Source: Massalongia carnosa (lineage: Eukaryota). From it: a stretch of 64,000 nucleotides of DNA. A program made the translations under genes and the position numbers. Below are positions 62,666 to 64,000 of the stretch, piece by piece. The stretch spans positions 1,240,001 to 1,304,000 of the forward strand of contig OZ287076.1 in NCBI GenBank assembly GCA_965645245.1. The letters are read 5' to 3'. Position 1 is the stretch's first letter. Each line of letters begins with the position of its first letter. The notes below the pieces were generated by a model. The model saw only the letters and a program-made list of their open reading frames with translations. It was not told the origin of the DNA and made no database searches.

Positions 62666-63508
62666 CTAGAATGCAGCGTCTTCCTCTCTATGCGTATCAG
62701 CAGATCGCGCAGGAACACCACCCTTTGGTGTCGCCTCTGCTTCTTCAGCATCGCTGAGTCCGTTGGTTGCCCAGATCCGCCTGATGTCCAGGTCAAACGG
62801 TCCTGGAACTCGATCAGTAAGCCCAATGCCTATCGTTCGGACTTTCTGCCTCAATATCTCAGTCTGAGGCTCAACAACAGACCCGTAATTCGTTCTGACA
62901 AAGTCGCCCCATTTGATAAGCACAGTTTCCCATTCTCCCGGTCGCTGGACAAACAGCCGGTGCTGGTGTATGTCTGTGTACACAATAGACTCGGTCTGTA
63001 GATTGACCAGGTATTTTCTTCCATCAGACCTGACTCTTAGAGCGAGATAAGTGTAGGGATCCACATCCCACAAACTTTTCCCAAATATTGTAGCTCCTCG
63101 ATCATGGTTTCGCCACGCCGCATACCCAGTACGCTGCACTTGTGGGTTATTGCGGGGAAGTTCAATTGAAATGTGGCCATAAAATCGTGCGTGTGCTGGT
63201 TCGGAGAAGCTTTTCGGAATGAAGTCGAGGGAAGATTTTGAGAAGCCACCGATATCGGCATCTGACATGGTTTTACATGCTTCAATTGTGGAAGGATCAG
63301 AGAAGTCGATGAGCTCGTAGGGTGCTGTTGGAGTGCGAATCCCTTCTTGCTTCAATGCTGAGACGTACTAAAATCAGCAAAGGTCACGCGGATATGGAGC
63401 AACGACAGAAACCTCCGCAAGGAACGTACCAATTTTGGAAAGCCGTTTGAACTCATCTACACTTCTTTTGATAAAACCTAATGCAAGGAGCTGCGATGAG
63501 GGTCTCAT
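62666..63508 (-). CDS. CIA30: Complex I intermediate-associated protein 30 (NDUFAF1)
   Basis: SDADIGGFS, RTGYAAWR, LALRVRSDGRKYLVNLQT, DIHQHRL and FVRTNYG motifs; one 5' intron. Confidence 0.92.
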
Positions 63509-64000
63509 AACGAGCCGCTGCCAGAGCTATCGTGTGCGCGTGGTCTTTACTCCCAATACAGAAGTGAACAATCCTATGCCAGGGTACTATTGGTTGCTCG
63601 TCGATAACGAAAGCCAAATTCTAGCAGTGACGTGGTTAGGTCCTACCTAACCGTATAAGTAGATGCTCAGACGTTTTATCTACCCGTTGAAAATAAGAGA
63701 GTGCTCTACGGATGATATCCCAACGACGTCGATACACACCCTACTATGTGGTTTACACTGGGAGATAAATGGCAACATTAGGTAGGTTCCTGAGGCATAC
63801 CATAGCCTATGAAAACCCTGTAACATCTGGAAGAAAAGGGTCACAATCTACGATATACATACTGCTGTACAAAAAATGCGAAGCCAACATCGGGATAAAG
63901 GTAACTGCGTCTTGGTTCATTTACTCTCTACTTGGTATCAGGGAGAAGGAGTACATATCAGGGAGAAGGATTCACAAAGCACCGATCGCATTATCTATCG

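Noticed and set aside
63936..63970. TATCAGGGAGAAGGA repeated twice at the window end
   Set aside because: Two short copies with no context; likely a trivial local duplication.

Overview
Gene-dense, intron-rich DNA from a filamentous ascomycete (Pezizomycotina; the MAT layout is compatible with a lichen-forming Lecanoromycete, by inference only). The window spans the mating-type neighbourhood: SLU7-REV3-NVJ2-like-SLA2-[MAT]-APN2-COX13-APC5-CIA30, preceded by housekeeping genes (DLD1, HOM2, RPS4, SNX3, SSS1, RIM2, a DCAF11-like WD40 gene, RPL21/RPS9) and a full-length but disabled Fot1/pogo DNA transposon. The main result is that the MAT locus holds both idiomorphs. An intact HMG-box MAT1-2-1 with a divergent auxiliary gene sits beside an intact alpha-box MAT1-1-1 with its own auxiliary gene. 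The MAT1-2 block is bracketed by a ~106-bp imperfect direct repeat (49561-49666 and 52302-52407). Recombination between the copies would excise about 2.74 kb and leave an ordinary MAT1-1 locus, which is the layout of unidirectional mating-type switching or the scar of an idiomorph fusion to homothallism. An assembly chimera of two idiomorphs has to be excluded. All exon boundaries were inferred by eye from splice signals and reading frames; no database searches were run.
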